DNA from: Syntrophaceae bacterium
GTDB taxonomy: Bacteria; Desulfobacterota; Syntrophia; Syntrophales; Smithellaceae
NCBI GenBank assembly: GCA_003142535.1
Contig: PLMQ01000053.1
Span: 16,435 to 80,434 of the forward strand
Length of the DNA stretch: 64,000 nt
Direction: 5' to 3'
The notes under the pieces were generated by a model. That model saw only the letters and a list, made by a program, of their open reading frames with translations. It was not told where the DNA came from and did no database searches. Positions 10,179-18,451 of the stretch are shown here, one piece after another (the first letter of the stretch is position 1; every line of letters starts with the position of its first letter). The translations under genes were made by a program, and so were the position numbers.

Positions 10179-10257
10179 TAGCTGGAAAATGATGAGAGAA
10201 TTTGTTAAGATATTAAAGTATATTAATTAAATAGATTAGAAAGGGAAGGTGGCGGAA

Positions 10258-10794
10258 ATGATAGGAGAAAAAATTAGAAACGCAATGAACGAGCAAATAA
10301 AGAATGAACTCGAATCATACTATATTTATTTATCCATGGTTGCTTATTTTCATGCGCAAAATCTGGATGGCATGGCGCACTGGATGCGCTGCCAGGCGCA
10401 TGAAGAAATGATTCATGCCATGAAATTCTTCGATCATATACTGGATCGGGGAGGAAATGTTACGCTGCTGGATTTGAAACAGATTAAAACTACCTGGAAA
10501 AAACCGCTGGAAGCATGGCAGGATGCCTATGAGCATGAAAAATTCATTACGGCGAAGATCAATAACCTGACCAAAATATCCCGTGAAGAAAATGATTATA
10601 CATCGGAGCCCCTTCTTGCCTGGTTTTTAAATGAGCAAATCGAAGAAGAAAAGAATACGGAAAAAGTGTCGCGGGAACTGGCACTGGTGGAAGCATCAAA
10701 AGAAGGCATTCTGATGCTCGATCGGGAACTGGCAACCCGTGTATTTGTGGCCGGTTCTCCTCTTGATCCATTAGCTTATAATGTAATAGCTTAG
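10258..10794 (+). CDS. Ferritin (non-haem, Ftn-like)
   Basis: ELESYYIYLSMVAYF..QAHEEMIHAMKFFDHILDRGG di-iron ligand pattern. GGAAGGTGG lies upstream of ATG 10258. Confidence 0.8.
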   Translation: MIGEKIRNAMNEQIKNELESYYIYLSMVAYFHAQNLDGMAHWMRCQAHEEMIHAMKFFDHILDRGGNVTLLDLKQIKTTWKKPLEAWQDAYEHEKFITAKINNLTKISREENDYTSEPLLAWFLNEQIEEEKNTEKVSRELALVEASKEGILMLDRELATRVFVAGSPLDPLAYNVIA

Positions 10795-10810
10795 AACATT
10801 ATTCAAAATT

Positions 10811-10862
10811 TGTCATTCCCCGGCTCGACCGGGGCGAAGTGCCCTTTAGGGTGAATCCAGAA
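10811..10862 (+). repeat. Rep-C element, copy 1
   Basis: TGTCATTCCCCGG..GGGTGAATCCAGAA. The same ends occur at 12580-12633 and, inverted, at 13914-13943. Confidence 0.7.
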
Positions 10863-11336
10863 CAAGGGGTTGCAACCCCTTGTTCTATTTACCGGAGGCC
10901 GATTATTACTGATTATAAAAAATATCTCGAAAAAATAAAAGCCGACCAGAAAGGTTTGAATCCCTTTTTGGATTTCATGGGAATAAAGTTGACGAAGTCT
11001 GCGGATGGATATGCACAATTCAGTATGCCGGTACGTCCGGAATACCTGCAAGGGGCGGGAGCAGTGCAAGGGGGACTTATTGTTGCTTTGGCCGATGAGG
11101 CAATAGCGCACGCAATGATGTCTCAACTAGCGCCGGATGAAGGTTTAACCACCATTGAACTCAAGAGCAATTTTCTGGCGGGAGTGAGCAGCGGAGAGCT
11201 TATTGCGACTGCCACCGTTTTTAAAAAGGGGCAAAGCCTGATTATTGGCGATTGTTTGGTAACGGATGATAAAGAAAAAAATATCTGCCGGGTTTCGGCA
11301 ACATTTCTGCTTTTAAAGAAAGGGGGCGCTGTATGA
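10839..11336 (+). CDS. PaaI/hotdog-fold thioesterase; start uncertain
   Basis: LNPFLDFMGIKL..GAVQGGLIVALADEAIAHA pattern of PaaI-type thioesterases. The first ~20 codons of the ORF are Rep-C and palindrome sequence. Alternative starts are GTG 10851 or ATT 10902/10905, which follow GGAGG. Confidence 0.65.
   Translation: MPFRVNPEQGVATPCSIYRRPIITDYKKYLEKIKADQKGLNPFLDFMGIKLTKSADGYAQFSMPVRPEYLQGAGAVQGGLIVALADEAIAHAMMSQLAPDEGLTTIELKSNFLAGVSSGELIATATVFKKGQSLIIGDCLVTDDKEKNICRVSATFLLLKKGGAV
10860..10885. repeat. Perfect 26-nt palindrome
   Basis: GAACAAGGGGTTGCAACCCCTTGTTC equals its own reverse complement. It lies 66 nt after the ferritin stop and has no T-tract. Confidence 0.8.
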
Positions 11337-12574
11337 AAAAAAATTCCCAGTCTCCTCTGAATATAGCCCAAAGTAAAATGCCGACTATCTTTGAACGATC
11401 TTGCATGAAGTTAGTTATCAATTTATTCAATAAAATCAAAACGGGCGGTCTCACGTTTTATCTGCCGGACGGCAATGCGCGGCATTTCGGCGATAAGAAC
11501 TCACCACTTCAGGCTCAGATGACCATCCATGACTATCGCTTTTTTAAAGACGCGGTTCTTGGCGGCGATGTGGGCTTGGGCGAAGCTTACATGAAGAGTC
11601 TCTGGGATACGGATGATATCCCGGCGTTGTTTAGTGTCTTGATTAAAAATCGTCCGGCGCTGGCCAATGGGAACATGGCCACGGCCTGGCTGGTTCGTCA
11701 GAAAGACCGACTCATGCACGCGCTTCACGCCAACACGCTCATCGGGTCGCGCCGGAACATCGGCGAGCACTATGACCTGAGCAACGATTTTTTCCAGACC
11801 TTTCTGGATCCGACCATGCTGTATTCCTGCGGCATTTACCGTGGCGAGAGCGATACCTGTGAAGATGCGCAGCACCGCAAACTGCAAAGCATCATCGACA
11901 AGGCGCATATCGAATCAACAGATCACGTTCTGGAAGTCGGGTGCGGTTGGGGCGGTTTCGCTATAGAAGCGGTTAAACAGACAGGCTGCCGGGTCACCGG
12001 CATTACCGTTTCCAAAGAACAGTATCATCTGGCGCAGGAGCGTGTTTTGCAGGCCGGCCTACAGGATAAAATCACCATTCTGTTTAAAGACTATCGTCAT
12101 GTGGCGGGTCTGTTTGACAAGATTGTATCCATCGAAATGCTCGAAGCGGTCGGCCATAAATATCTGGGAACGTTCTTCACGGCTTGCGATAAGCTGCTCA
12201 AACCGGCGGGAAGGCTGGTCATCCAGGTGATTACCATCCCTGATCAGAGATATGAGTTTTACAGGCGTAATACAGACTGGATTCAGAAGCACATTTTCCC
12301 TGGCGGCCATCTACCCTCTGTAACGGCGATGTCCCAAGCCGTAACCCGTCATACCAGTTTGTTGATGGAACAGTTGGAAGATATCGGCACGCATTACGCC
12401 CGGACGCTTAAAGACTGGCGGGAATCATTCATGCGCAACCTGGATAAGGTCAACTCGCTGGGATTTGATGAAGTCTTCCAGCGCAAATGGATTTATTACT
12501 TGGCCATGTGTGAAGCCGCTTTTCGTGAGCGCGCGACAGGCGACATCCAGGTCGTCTTCCGCAAACCGGCATAG
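11333..12574 (+). CDS. cfa: Cyclopropane-fatty-acyl-phospholipid synthase family methyltransferase
   Basis: VLEVGCGWGGFA SAM motif, a CFA-synthase-like N-terminus and the C-terminal YYLAMCEAAFR block. Confidence 0.85.
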   Translation: MKKNSQSPLNIAQSKMPTIFERSCMKLVINLFNKIKTGGLTFYLPDGNARHFGDKNSPLQAQMTIHDYRFFKDAVLGGDVGLGEAYMKSLWDTDDIPALFSVLIKNRPALANGNMATAWLVRQKDRLMHALHANTLIGSRRNIGEHYDLSNDFFQTFLDPTMLYSCGIYRGESDTCEDAQHRKLQSIIDKAHIESTDHVLEVGCGWGGFAIEAVKQTGCRVTGITVSKEQYHLAQERVLQAGLQDKITILFKDYRHVAGLFDKIVSIEMLEAVGHKYLGTFFTACDKLLKPAGRLVIQVITIPDQRYEFYRRNTDWIQKHIFPGGHLPSVTAMSQAVTRHTSLLMEQLEDIGTHYARTLKDWRESFMRNLDKVNSLGFDEVFQRKWIYYLAMCEAAFRERATGDIQVVFRKPA

Positions 12575-12579
12575 CATTT

Positions 12580-12633
12580 ATCATTCCCCGGCTCTTTGCC
12601 CGGCGTATGTAGGGTGACTGGGGAATCCAGAAA
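12580..12633 (+). repeat. Rep-C element, copy 2
   Basis: ATCATTCCCCGGCTC..GACTGGGGAATCCAGAAA, starting 6 nt after the cfa stop. Confidence 0.7.
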
Positions 12634-12683
12634 GCATAATATGAGTAGCGTTATACCCTCAATTTGCAGTGTTTAGGTTTTTA

Positions 12684-12802
12684 TTCGTGAAACTCAAATT
12701 CCGAAAGCGAAGCGTATTGGAATTGGTAAGTTGAACAATCCCGCGAAGCGGAGGGTATGATATCCCGCAGCGTGCTGCGGAATCAGGGTTCATACCCGTG
12801 AT
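12684..12802 (+). repeat. Rep-B composite element
   Basis: TTCGTGAAACTCAAATTCCGAAAGCGAAGCGTATTGGAATTGGTAAGT + CAATCCCGCGAAGCGGAGGGTAT + ..CATACCCGTGAT. The module order matches 46707-46840. Confidence 0.85.
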
Positions 12803-12841
12803 AAAGATACATATAAACATTGTTAATCGGCGGTCACTCTT

Positions 12842-13738
12842 ATGGGAGGCCATATGTTCATACACGCCATCGAAGTAGCTAGCCAATTCACAAGACCCAT
12901 TCATTCAATCCAGGGATACTATGGCTCCGTTGAAGTAATTCCCGGCGCCGCCAGCCTCTTCTTTGTCAATGCAGATGGATGGGCATTGACTTGTAAGCAT
13001 GTTGCCGCTCTTATTGTAAACGGCGATAAGATCGCCAAGCGCAAATCCGATTTTGAAGCTGATTTCGCGTCGATGCGAGGAAAGAAAAAGGACAAACAAA
13101 TCCTCAAGGATCTCGAGAAGAAGTACGCTCTTTCGCGCAATGAATTGTTTGAGATCAGGAACAGTTTTATCAACTGCATCGAAGGCCCACTCAGTTTTCA
13201 GATTGTTGCTCATCCGGACTTCGACGTTGCTCTTATCCATTTTACGAACTACACAAAGTTACATCCACACTCTTTTCCAGTTTTCCCCCGTAAGACCGTT
13301 GGTCTAAAGCAAGGAAAATTCCTCTGCCGTCTCGGCTTTCCCTTTCCCGAGTTCTCCAACTTCACTTATGATCAAATTACCGATTCAATTCAGTGGGCCA
13401 ACACCGGCAAGGATGTTACTCCGATCTTTCCCATTGAAGGCATGCTTACGCGTCATCTCCTTTCTCAGTCAGGCCAGGTTTTCGGATTCGAAATGAGCAC
13501 TCCAGGACTTCGGGGCCAAAGCGGGGGACCAGCATTCGACTTTGAAGGACAAGTTTGGGGAATGCAGTCTGCCACCAACCACCTTGATCTAGACTTTGAT
13601 GTTGACAAAGCGGTGCTTCGTAATGGTCAAAAGAAGCATGTCCACGACACTGCAATTTTGCATGTTGGACATTGTATCCATGTTGATATCCTCAAGTCTT
13701 TCATGACACAACATTCGGTGCAGTTCCAGGAGGTGTAA
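12842..13738 (+). CDS. Trypsin-like (chymotrypsin-fold) serine protease, no signal peptide
   Basis: Candidate triad in the order TCKHVA (His), DVALIHF (Asp), GLRGQSGGPAFD (Ser). No hydrophobic N-terminal leader. Confidence 0.6.
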   Translation: MGGHMFIHAIEVASQFTRPIHSIQGYYGSVEVIPGAASLFFVNADGWALTCKHVAALIVNGDKIAKRKSDFEADFASMRGKKKDKQILKDLEKKYALSRNELFEIRNSFINCIEGPLSFQIVAHPDFDVALIHFTNYTKLHPHSFPVFPRKTVGLKQGKFLCRLGFPFPEFSNFTYDQITDSIQWANTGKDVTPIFPIEGMLTRHLLSQSGQVFGFEMSTPGLRGQSGGPAFDFEGQVWGMQSATNHLDLDFDVDKAVLRNGQKKHVHDTAILHVGHCIHVDILKSFMTQHSVQFQEV

Positions 13739-13913
13739 CCGCCTGCTGACAAGTCGTTCAAGCTGACGTCTAAAGCGGAAGTGGTCCCAAAAAAGATCAA
13801 AGGGGTCGGGTCTGCCTTTGACTATTGAGAAAGACAATTAGGCGGGAATAGGCCAGGTCTTGAAATGACAGTTTTCTTTCCCTTTTCCATTGGCTATTTT
13901 CTACCGTTTATTT

Positions 13914-13943
13914 TTCTGGATTCCGTCCTTCGACGGAATGACA
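13914..13943 (-). repeat. Rep-C element, minimal copy (inverted)
   Basis: The reverse complement reads TGTCATTCCGTCGAAGGACGGAATCCAGAA, a simple hairpin form of the family. Confidence 0.65.
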
Positions 13944-14064
13944 GAAGATGTGACATTACCGCAATATACTAATTCTCATAGCCTCCATATCTTCATTGAC
14001 TAGCGGTTATAAATTTGCTAAATTCTTATTCGTTTAATATACAAATATATTCAGAATATAGAGG

Positions 14065-14724
14065 ATGTTTATAATGATTGATCTGCACACCCATTCCATT
14101 TTTAGTGATGGTGATTTAATCCCGACGGAACTGGCCCAGCGGGCATATGCCGCGGGTTATAAAACAATCGCAATTACCGATCATGCCGATCATTCCAATC
14201 TTGATTTCATTATTCCCCGGATTATTAAAGTCTGTCTGAAAATTACAGAAAAAGGCAATATAACAGTTTTACCGGGAATTGAACTGACGCATGTTGACCC
14301 GCGGGATATCGCTGATCTGGCTAAAGAAGCCCGTAAGCTGGGAGCAAAAATAATCGTTGTGCACGGCCAGACACTGGTCGAGCCTGTTCCCGAAGGAACG
14401 AATCTGGCGGCGCTTAAGGCGGATATAGATATTCTTGCGCATCCCGGCCTTTTAACGGAGGAAGAGGCAAGGCTTGCGGCATCGCGCAATATTTATCTGG
14501 AAATAACTACACGCAAAGGCCATTGTTTAAGCAACGGCCATGTTGCCCAAATGGCCCGCAAACATAAGGCGCAGCTTGTGCTGGATAATGATGCCCATGC
14601 ACCGGCTGACTTTGTTGGCCCGGAAATGGCTACTAAAATTGCGCATGGCGCTGGTTTGACAACCGATGAGATAGTCGCTATGTTTGCCAATTCACAAAAG
14701 CTTGTGCAGAAGGCGAGTGCCTGA
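14065..14724 (+). CDS. PHP-domain (histidinol-phosphatase-like) phosphoesterase
   Basis: MIDLHTHSIFSDG start motif, ITDHAD, and later His/Asp ligands (VVHG, HPG, DNDAH). The start may be ATG 14074. Confidence 0.7.
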   Translation: MFIMIDLHTHSIFSDGDLIPTELAQRAYAAGYKTIAITDHADHSNLDFIIPRIIKVCLKITEKGNITVLPGIELTHVDPRDIADLAKEARKLGAKIIVVHGQTLVEPVPEGTNLAALKADIDILAHPGLLTEEEARLAASRNIYLEITTRKGHCLSNGHVAQMARKHKAQLVLDNDAHAPADFVGPEMATKIAHGAGLTTDEIVAMFANSQKLVQKASA

Positions 14725-14726
14725 AA

Positions 14727-15983
14727 ATGCATGAGGATAAACGCCCTTTAAGAATATGCCTCTTGACATATCGGGGCAATCCCGCTTCCGGTGGTCAGGG
14801 CGTTTATGTTCAACATTTAAGCAAGGCGCTATCTGAACGTGGGCATAGTGTGGACGTATTATCCGGCCCGCCTTATCCCCATCTCGATGCGCAGGTAAAA
14901 TTACATAAATTGCCGAGCCTTGATCTCTATAATCCCGATCATCTTTTTCATGTCAAAAAAATCCGTGATCTTGCAAAGCCTCTGAATATGTATGAATTTC
15001 TAAGTATGTGCAGCGGCGGTTTTCCGGAGCCCTATACGTTTGGTGTGCGCGCTCAGCGTTATTTGCAGAAGCATCAGGCAAGTTATGATATTATTCATGA
15101 TAATCAGTGTCTGGCCTACGGCATCGACATAATTGCCCAAAGCGGCATTCCGACAATTGCGACAATTCATCATCCCATAACAGTGGATAAATATGAAGAG
15201 ATCAAAGCGGCAAAGTCTCTATATCAAAAAATAAAAATAAAACGCTGGTATTCATTTATCAGAATGCAAAAAAAGGTGGCCGGAAAGCTTTCGCATATCA
15301 TCACCGTATCCGAATGCGCCAAAAAAGATATCGCGCGGGAATTTGCAATTTGTGAGTCGAAATTTCGTGTTGTGCCCAATGGCGTCAACATGAAGTACTT
15401 TTATCCTATCCAAAATCCCAGTAGGCCGGATAATTCTCTTATTGTCACCAATAGTGCGGATACACCGCTTAAAGGATTGCGTTATTTATTGGAAGCTGTA
15501 TCCATCGTGAGGAAGAAAAGACCGCTGACATTAACCGTAATAGGTGAACCGAAAAAGGATAGCGTTATCCGCAAGCTCGTCGGGAAATTAGGTGTAGGCG
15601 ATATTGTTCATTTTACCGGACGAATCAGCAATGATGATTTTGCGAGGCACTATGCAGCAGCCACTATAGCTTGCGTGCCGTCTTTATATGAGGGCTTCGG
15701 CATTCCAGCGTTAGAGGCTATGGCCTGTGGAGTACCGCTCATCAGTACAAGCGGCGGAGCATTGCCGGAAGTGGTGGGAGATGCAGGAATTGTGGTTCCT
15801 CCGGCGGATGCCGATGCGCTGGCCAATGCCATAAACAATCTGCTGGATAATCCGGAGTACCGGAATAAATTAGCTCAGGCAGGTCTGGAACGCGTTAATT
15901 CCGTCTTTAACTGGCAGAGGGCTGCCCGAGAAGTAGAAGGTGTGTACAGAGAGGCAATCGATGGTCACCGTAGATATTCCTGA
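14727..15983 (+). CDS. Glycosyltransferase family 4
   Basis: GGQGVYVQHLSKAL N-terminal motif and PSLYEGFGIPALEAMACGVPLIST E-x7-E block. Confidence 0.85.
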   Translation: MHEDKRPLRICLLTYRGNPASGGQGVYVQHLSKALSERGHSVDVLSGPPYPHLDAQVKLHKLPSLDLYNPDHLFHVKKIRDLAKPLNMYEFLSMCSGGFPEPYTFGVRAQRYLQKHQASYDIIHDNQCLAYGIDIIAQSGIPTIATIHHPITVDKYEEIKAAKSLYQKIKIKRWYSFIRMQKKVAGKLSHIITVSECAKKDIAREFAICESKFRVVPNGVNMKYFYPIQNPSRPDNSLIVTNSADTPLKGLRYLLEAVSIVRKKRPLTLTVIGEPKKDSVIRKLVGKLGVGDIVHFTGRISNDDFARHYAAATIACVPSLYEGFGIPALEAMACGVPLISTSGGALPEVVGDAGIVVPPADADALANAINNLLDNPEYRNKLAQAGLERVNSVFNWQRAAREVEGVYREAIDGHRRYS

Positions 15984-16662
15984 ATTAAAATTGCAGCCGC
16001 AGAGTGTTGTTCTTGATGCAGGCTGTGGAACTGGCAGGCACCTGCGCGAATTGGCAAGAATTCCGCAATTAAAAATAATCGGTATTGATACGAACGAAAA
16101 AGAATTAAATGATGCATATTTATCGTTGCAGGAAATGTCCGATGCCGCAACCAACGATTTCAGCGTTATGAAGGCGGATATCAACAAAATGCCTTTTGCC
16201 GATGAATCATTTGATTGTGTCATCTGTTCGGAGGTGCTGGAGCATATACCTCAGCACCATGATGCTCTGCAGGAGCTGGTGCGTGTTTTAAAGCCACAGG
16301 GTAAGCTAATCATCAGTGTTCCCCGCTATTATCCGGAAAGAATCTGCTGGTTGATTTCTCCTGCCTATCATAATGCCGAAGGGGGGCATATCCGCATTTA
16401 CACGAAGAAGAGCTTGCGTAAAATGCTGATGAAACACGGAATAAAATGCTGGAAGATAAATTACAAGCATGCGCTGCATGCGCCTTACTGGTGGCTGAAG
16501 TGTCTTGTCGGCTTGAAAAACGAAGAAAACTGGCTTGTCCGAAATTATAAGAAGTTTCTGGAGTGGGATATTATGCATAAACCTTTTTTCACGAGAATGC
16601 TGGAAGAACTCTTGAATCCTGTTCTGGGAAAAAGTATTGTATTATATCTAAAGAAAGGCTGA
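15961..16662 (+). CDS. Class I SAM-dependent methyltransferase (type 11-like)
   Basis: VVLDAGCGTGRH motif I and FDCVICSEVLEHI. ATG 15961 overlaps the GT4 3' end. Confidence 0.8.
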   Translation: MVTVDIPELKLQPQSVVLDAGCGTGRHLRELARIPQLKIIGIDTNEKELNDAYLSLQEMSDAATNDFSVMKADINKMPFADESFDCVICSEVLEHIPQHHDALQELVRVLKPQGKLIISVPRYYPERICWLISPAYHNAEGGHIRIYTKKSLRKMLMKHGIKCWKINYKHALHAPYWWLKCLVGLKNEENWLVRNYKKFLEWDIMHKPFFTRMLEELLNPVLGKSIVLYLKKG

Positions 16663-16665
16663 TCA

Positions 16666-17709
16666 ATGAAATACAATCTTTCCCTGAGCGAAGCATCGAG
16701 TCTCATTTCTGCCGAAGAGCTGGGAGCTTTTATTGCTTCCATCCAAAAAGAAAATGGCGAAATTCCGTGGTCGCAAGGTGGGAAGACAGATCCCTGGGAT
16801 CATATTGAAAGCGCCATGGGATTAAGCATCAGCGGTTATTATAAAGAAGCGCTGCGGGCATACAATTGGCTTAGGGAATCGCAATTGCCTGATGGGAGTT
16901 GGTGGTCAGGTATTAAAAACGGAGAAATCATCGACTACACCAAAGACACTAATTTTTCATCATACATGGCTGTAGGAGTATTCCACCATTATCTGATTAC
17001 CCGTGATGTACAATTTTTAGAATCCATGTGGCCTGCGGTATCCCAAGGCATACAATACGCCGTAAACATGCAGGCTCCCGAAGGCGAGATCTTCTGGGCC
17101 AGAAACAAAGAAGACGTAATTGATCGGATGGCATTGCTTACCGGTTGCAGTTCAATTTACATGAGTATTAAATGTGCGCTGGCTATTGCTGAAATTCTGG
17201 GGAAACAACAACCGCAATGGCAAGCGGCTCATAAGATTCTGGGTATGGCAATTAAGAACAAGCCCAATCTTTTCAATATGATTAAATTCCGCTTTTCGAT
17301 GGATTGGTATTATCCGGTTTTATGCGGCGCTGTCAGCGGCGCGGAAGCGAAAAAGCGGATTGATAAATACTGGGAGAAATTTGTTGAGCCTGAATGGGGT
17401 GTGCGCTGTGTTTCCGACCGTCCCTGGGCGACAATAGCAGAAACGGCAGAGTTAGTTTTGACTCTGGCCGCCATTGATGATCTGCCGCGGGCAAAAATGG
17501 TATTCAGTTGGCTGGGTGATAAAAGATTTTCTGACGGTTCTTTCTGGATGGGTGTTACATTTCCCGATGGTGTGATCTGGCCGGAAGAAAAAACCGGTTG
17601 GACGGCAGCGGCAGTTCTTTTGGCGTGGGATGCTTTAAATGAAATAACCCCAGCTTCGCAACTCTTTAATCATCGGTACTGGGCAGCGAAACTTAAAAAT
17701 ACGCAATAA
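16666..17709 (+). CDS. Prenyltransferase/terpene-cyclase-like alpha-alpha toroid protein
   Basis: Repeated G.W / DGSWW / DGSFW aromatic-rich repeats typical of squalene-cyclase/prenyltransferase beta-subunit folds. Function not inferable. Confidence 0.5.
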   Translation: MKYNLSLSEASSLISAEELGAFIASIQKENGEIPWSQGGKTDPWDHIESAMGLSISGYYKEALRAYNWLRESQLPDGSWWSGIKNGEIIDYTKDTNFSSYMAVGVFHHYLITRDVQFLESMWPAVSQGIQYAVNMQAPEGEIFWARNKEDVIDRMALLTGCSSIYMSIKCALAIAEILGKQQPQWQAAHKILGMAIKNKPNLFNMIKFRFSMDWYYPVLCGAVSGAEAKKRIDKYWEKFVEPEWGVRCVSDRPWATIAETAELVLTLAAIDDLPRAKMVFSWLGDKRFSDGSFWMGVTFPDGVIWPEEKTGWTAAAVLLAWDALNEITPASQLFNHRYWAAKLKNTQ

Positions 17710-17725
17710 TTTAAAATGATTAAAT

Positions 17726-18448
17726 ATGAGAAGAGATCACCGTCCATATTATCTTAAACATTTATATAATAAATTTCAAAGGTGGTATGCCTACTATTTT
17801 TTAGCGCCGCAATGCGAGTATTTTGGCCGCGGCCTGCACTTTATGAAGCCGTGGCAGGTGGAAATATTTGGCGGGCCGGTTTCGCTGGGTGATTACACAA
17901 CGGTCATTGCCACACCGGATAAGAAAGTCAGGTTTACCGTCTGGTCGCACAATAAAAACTCGGGGAAAATTGAAATTGGCCGGTGTTGTTTAGTATGCCC
18001 GGGTACGCGCATTATGTCGGCTACGGCAATAACGATAGGCGAGGGCTGCATGATGGCGCAGAGTGTCTCTATTACTGATTCCGATTGGCATGACATATAT
18101 GACCGCAGCTTATCTATCGGCAATACCGAAGCCGTAAAGATTGGCAACAATGTCTGGATTGGCGATAGTGCCATTATCAGTAAAGGTGTGACAATTGGTG
18201 ATAATGCGGTTATCGGCGCCGGAGCCATCGTAGTTAAAGACATCCCCGCTAATGCTATTGCCGCAGGCAATCCTGCTGCCGTTCTGAAATATCTCGATCC
18301 CGAAAAACAGCTGAAATCGCGAACCGAATGGTTTGCCGATCCAACAAAACTCGCCAGAGATTTTGCCATCATTGATCGGGAGCAGATGAAGGGGAACACT
18401 ATAGCCGGCTGGATCAGATCACTGCTATTCCCCCGTCAAGGAGATTGA
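17726..18448 (+). CDS. Left-handed beta-helix (hexapeptide) acyl/acetyltransferase
   Basis: IGNNVWIGDSAIISKGVTIGDNAVIGAGAIVVKDIP hexapeptide repeats. Confidence 0.75.
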   Translation: MRRDHRPYYLKHLYNKFQRWYAYYFLAPQCEYFGRGLHFMKPWQVEIFGGPVSLGDYTTVIATPDKKVRFTVWSHNKNSGKIEIGRCCLVCPGTRIMSATAITIGEGCMMAQSVSITDSDWHDIYDRSLSIGNTEAVKIGNNVWIGDSAIISKGVTIGDNAVIGAGAIVVKDIPANAIAAGNPAAVLKYLDPEKQLKSRTEWFADPTKLARDFAIIDREQMKGNTIAGWIRSLLFPRQGD

Positions 18449-18451
18449 CCA

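Noticed and set aside
10860-10885. The perfect palindrome considered as the ferritin transcription terminator.
   Set aside because: There is no downstream T-tract, and it lies within the possible 5' end of the next gene. It is kept only as a repeat/structure feature.
12659-12904. An 81-aa minus-strand ORF, plus similar ORFs at 54744-55004 and 46560-46853.
   Set aside because: They are translations of Rep-B elements (the YPPLRGI.. peptide recurs because the DNA recurs). They have no start context or independent support.
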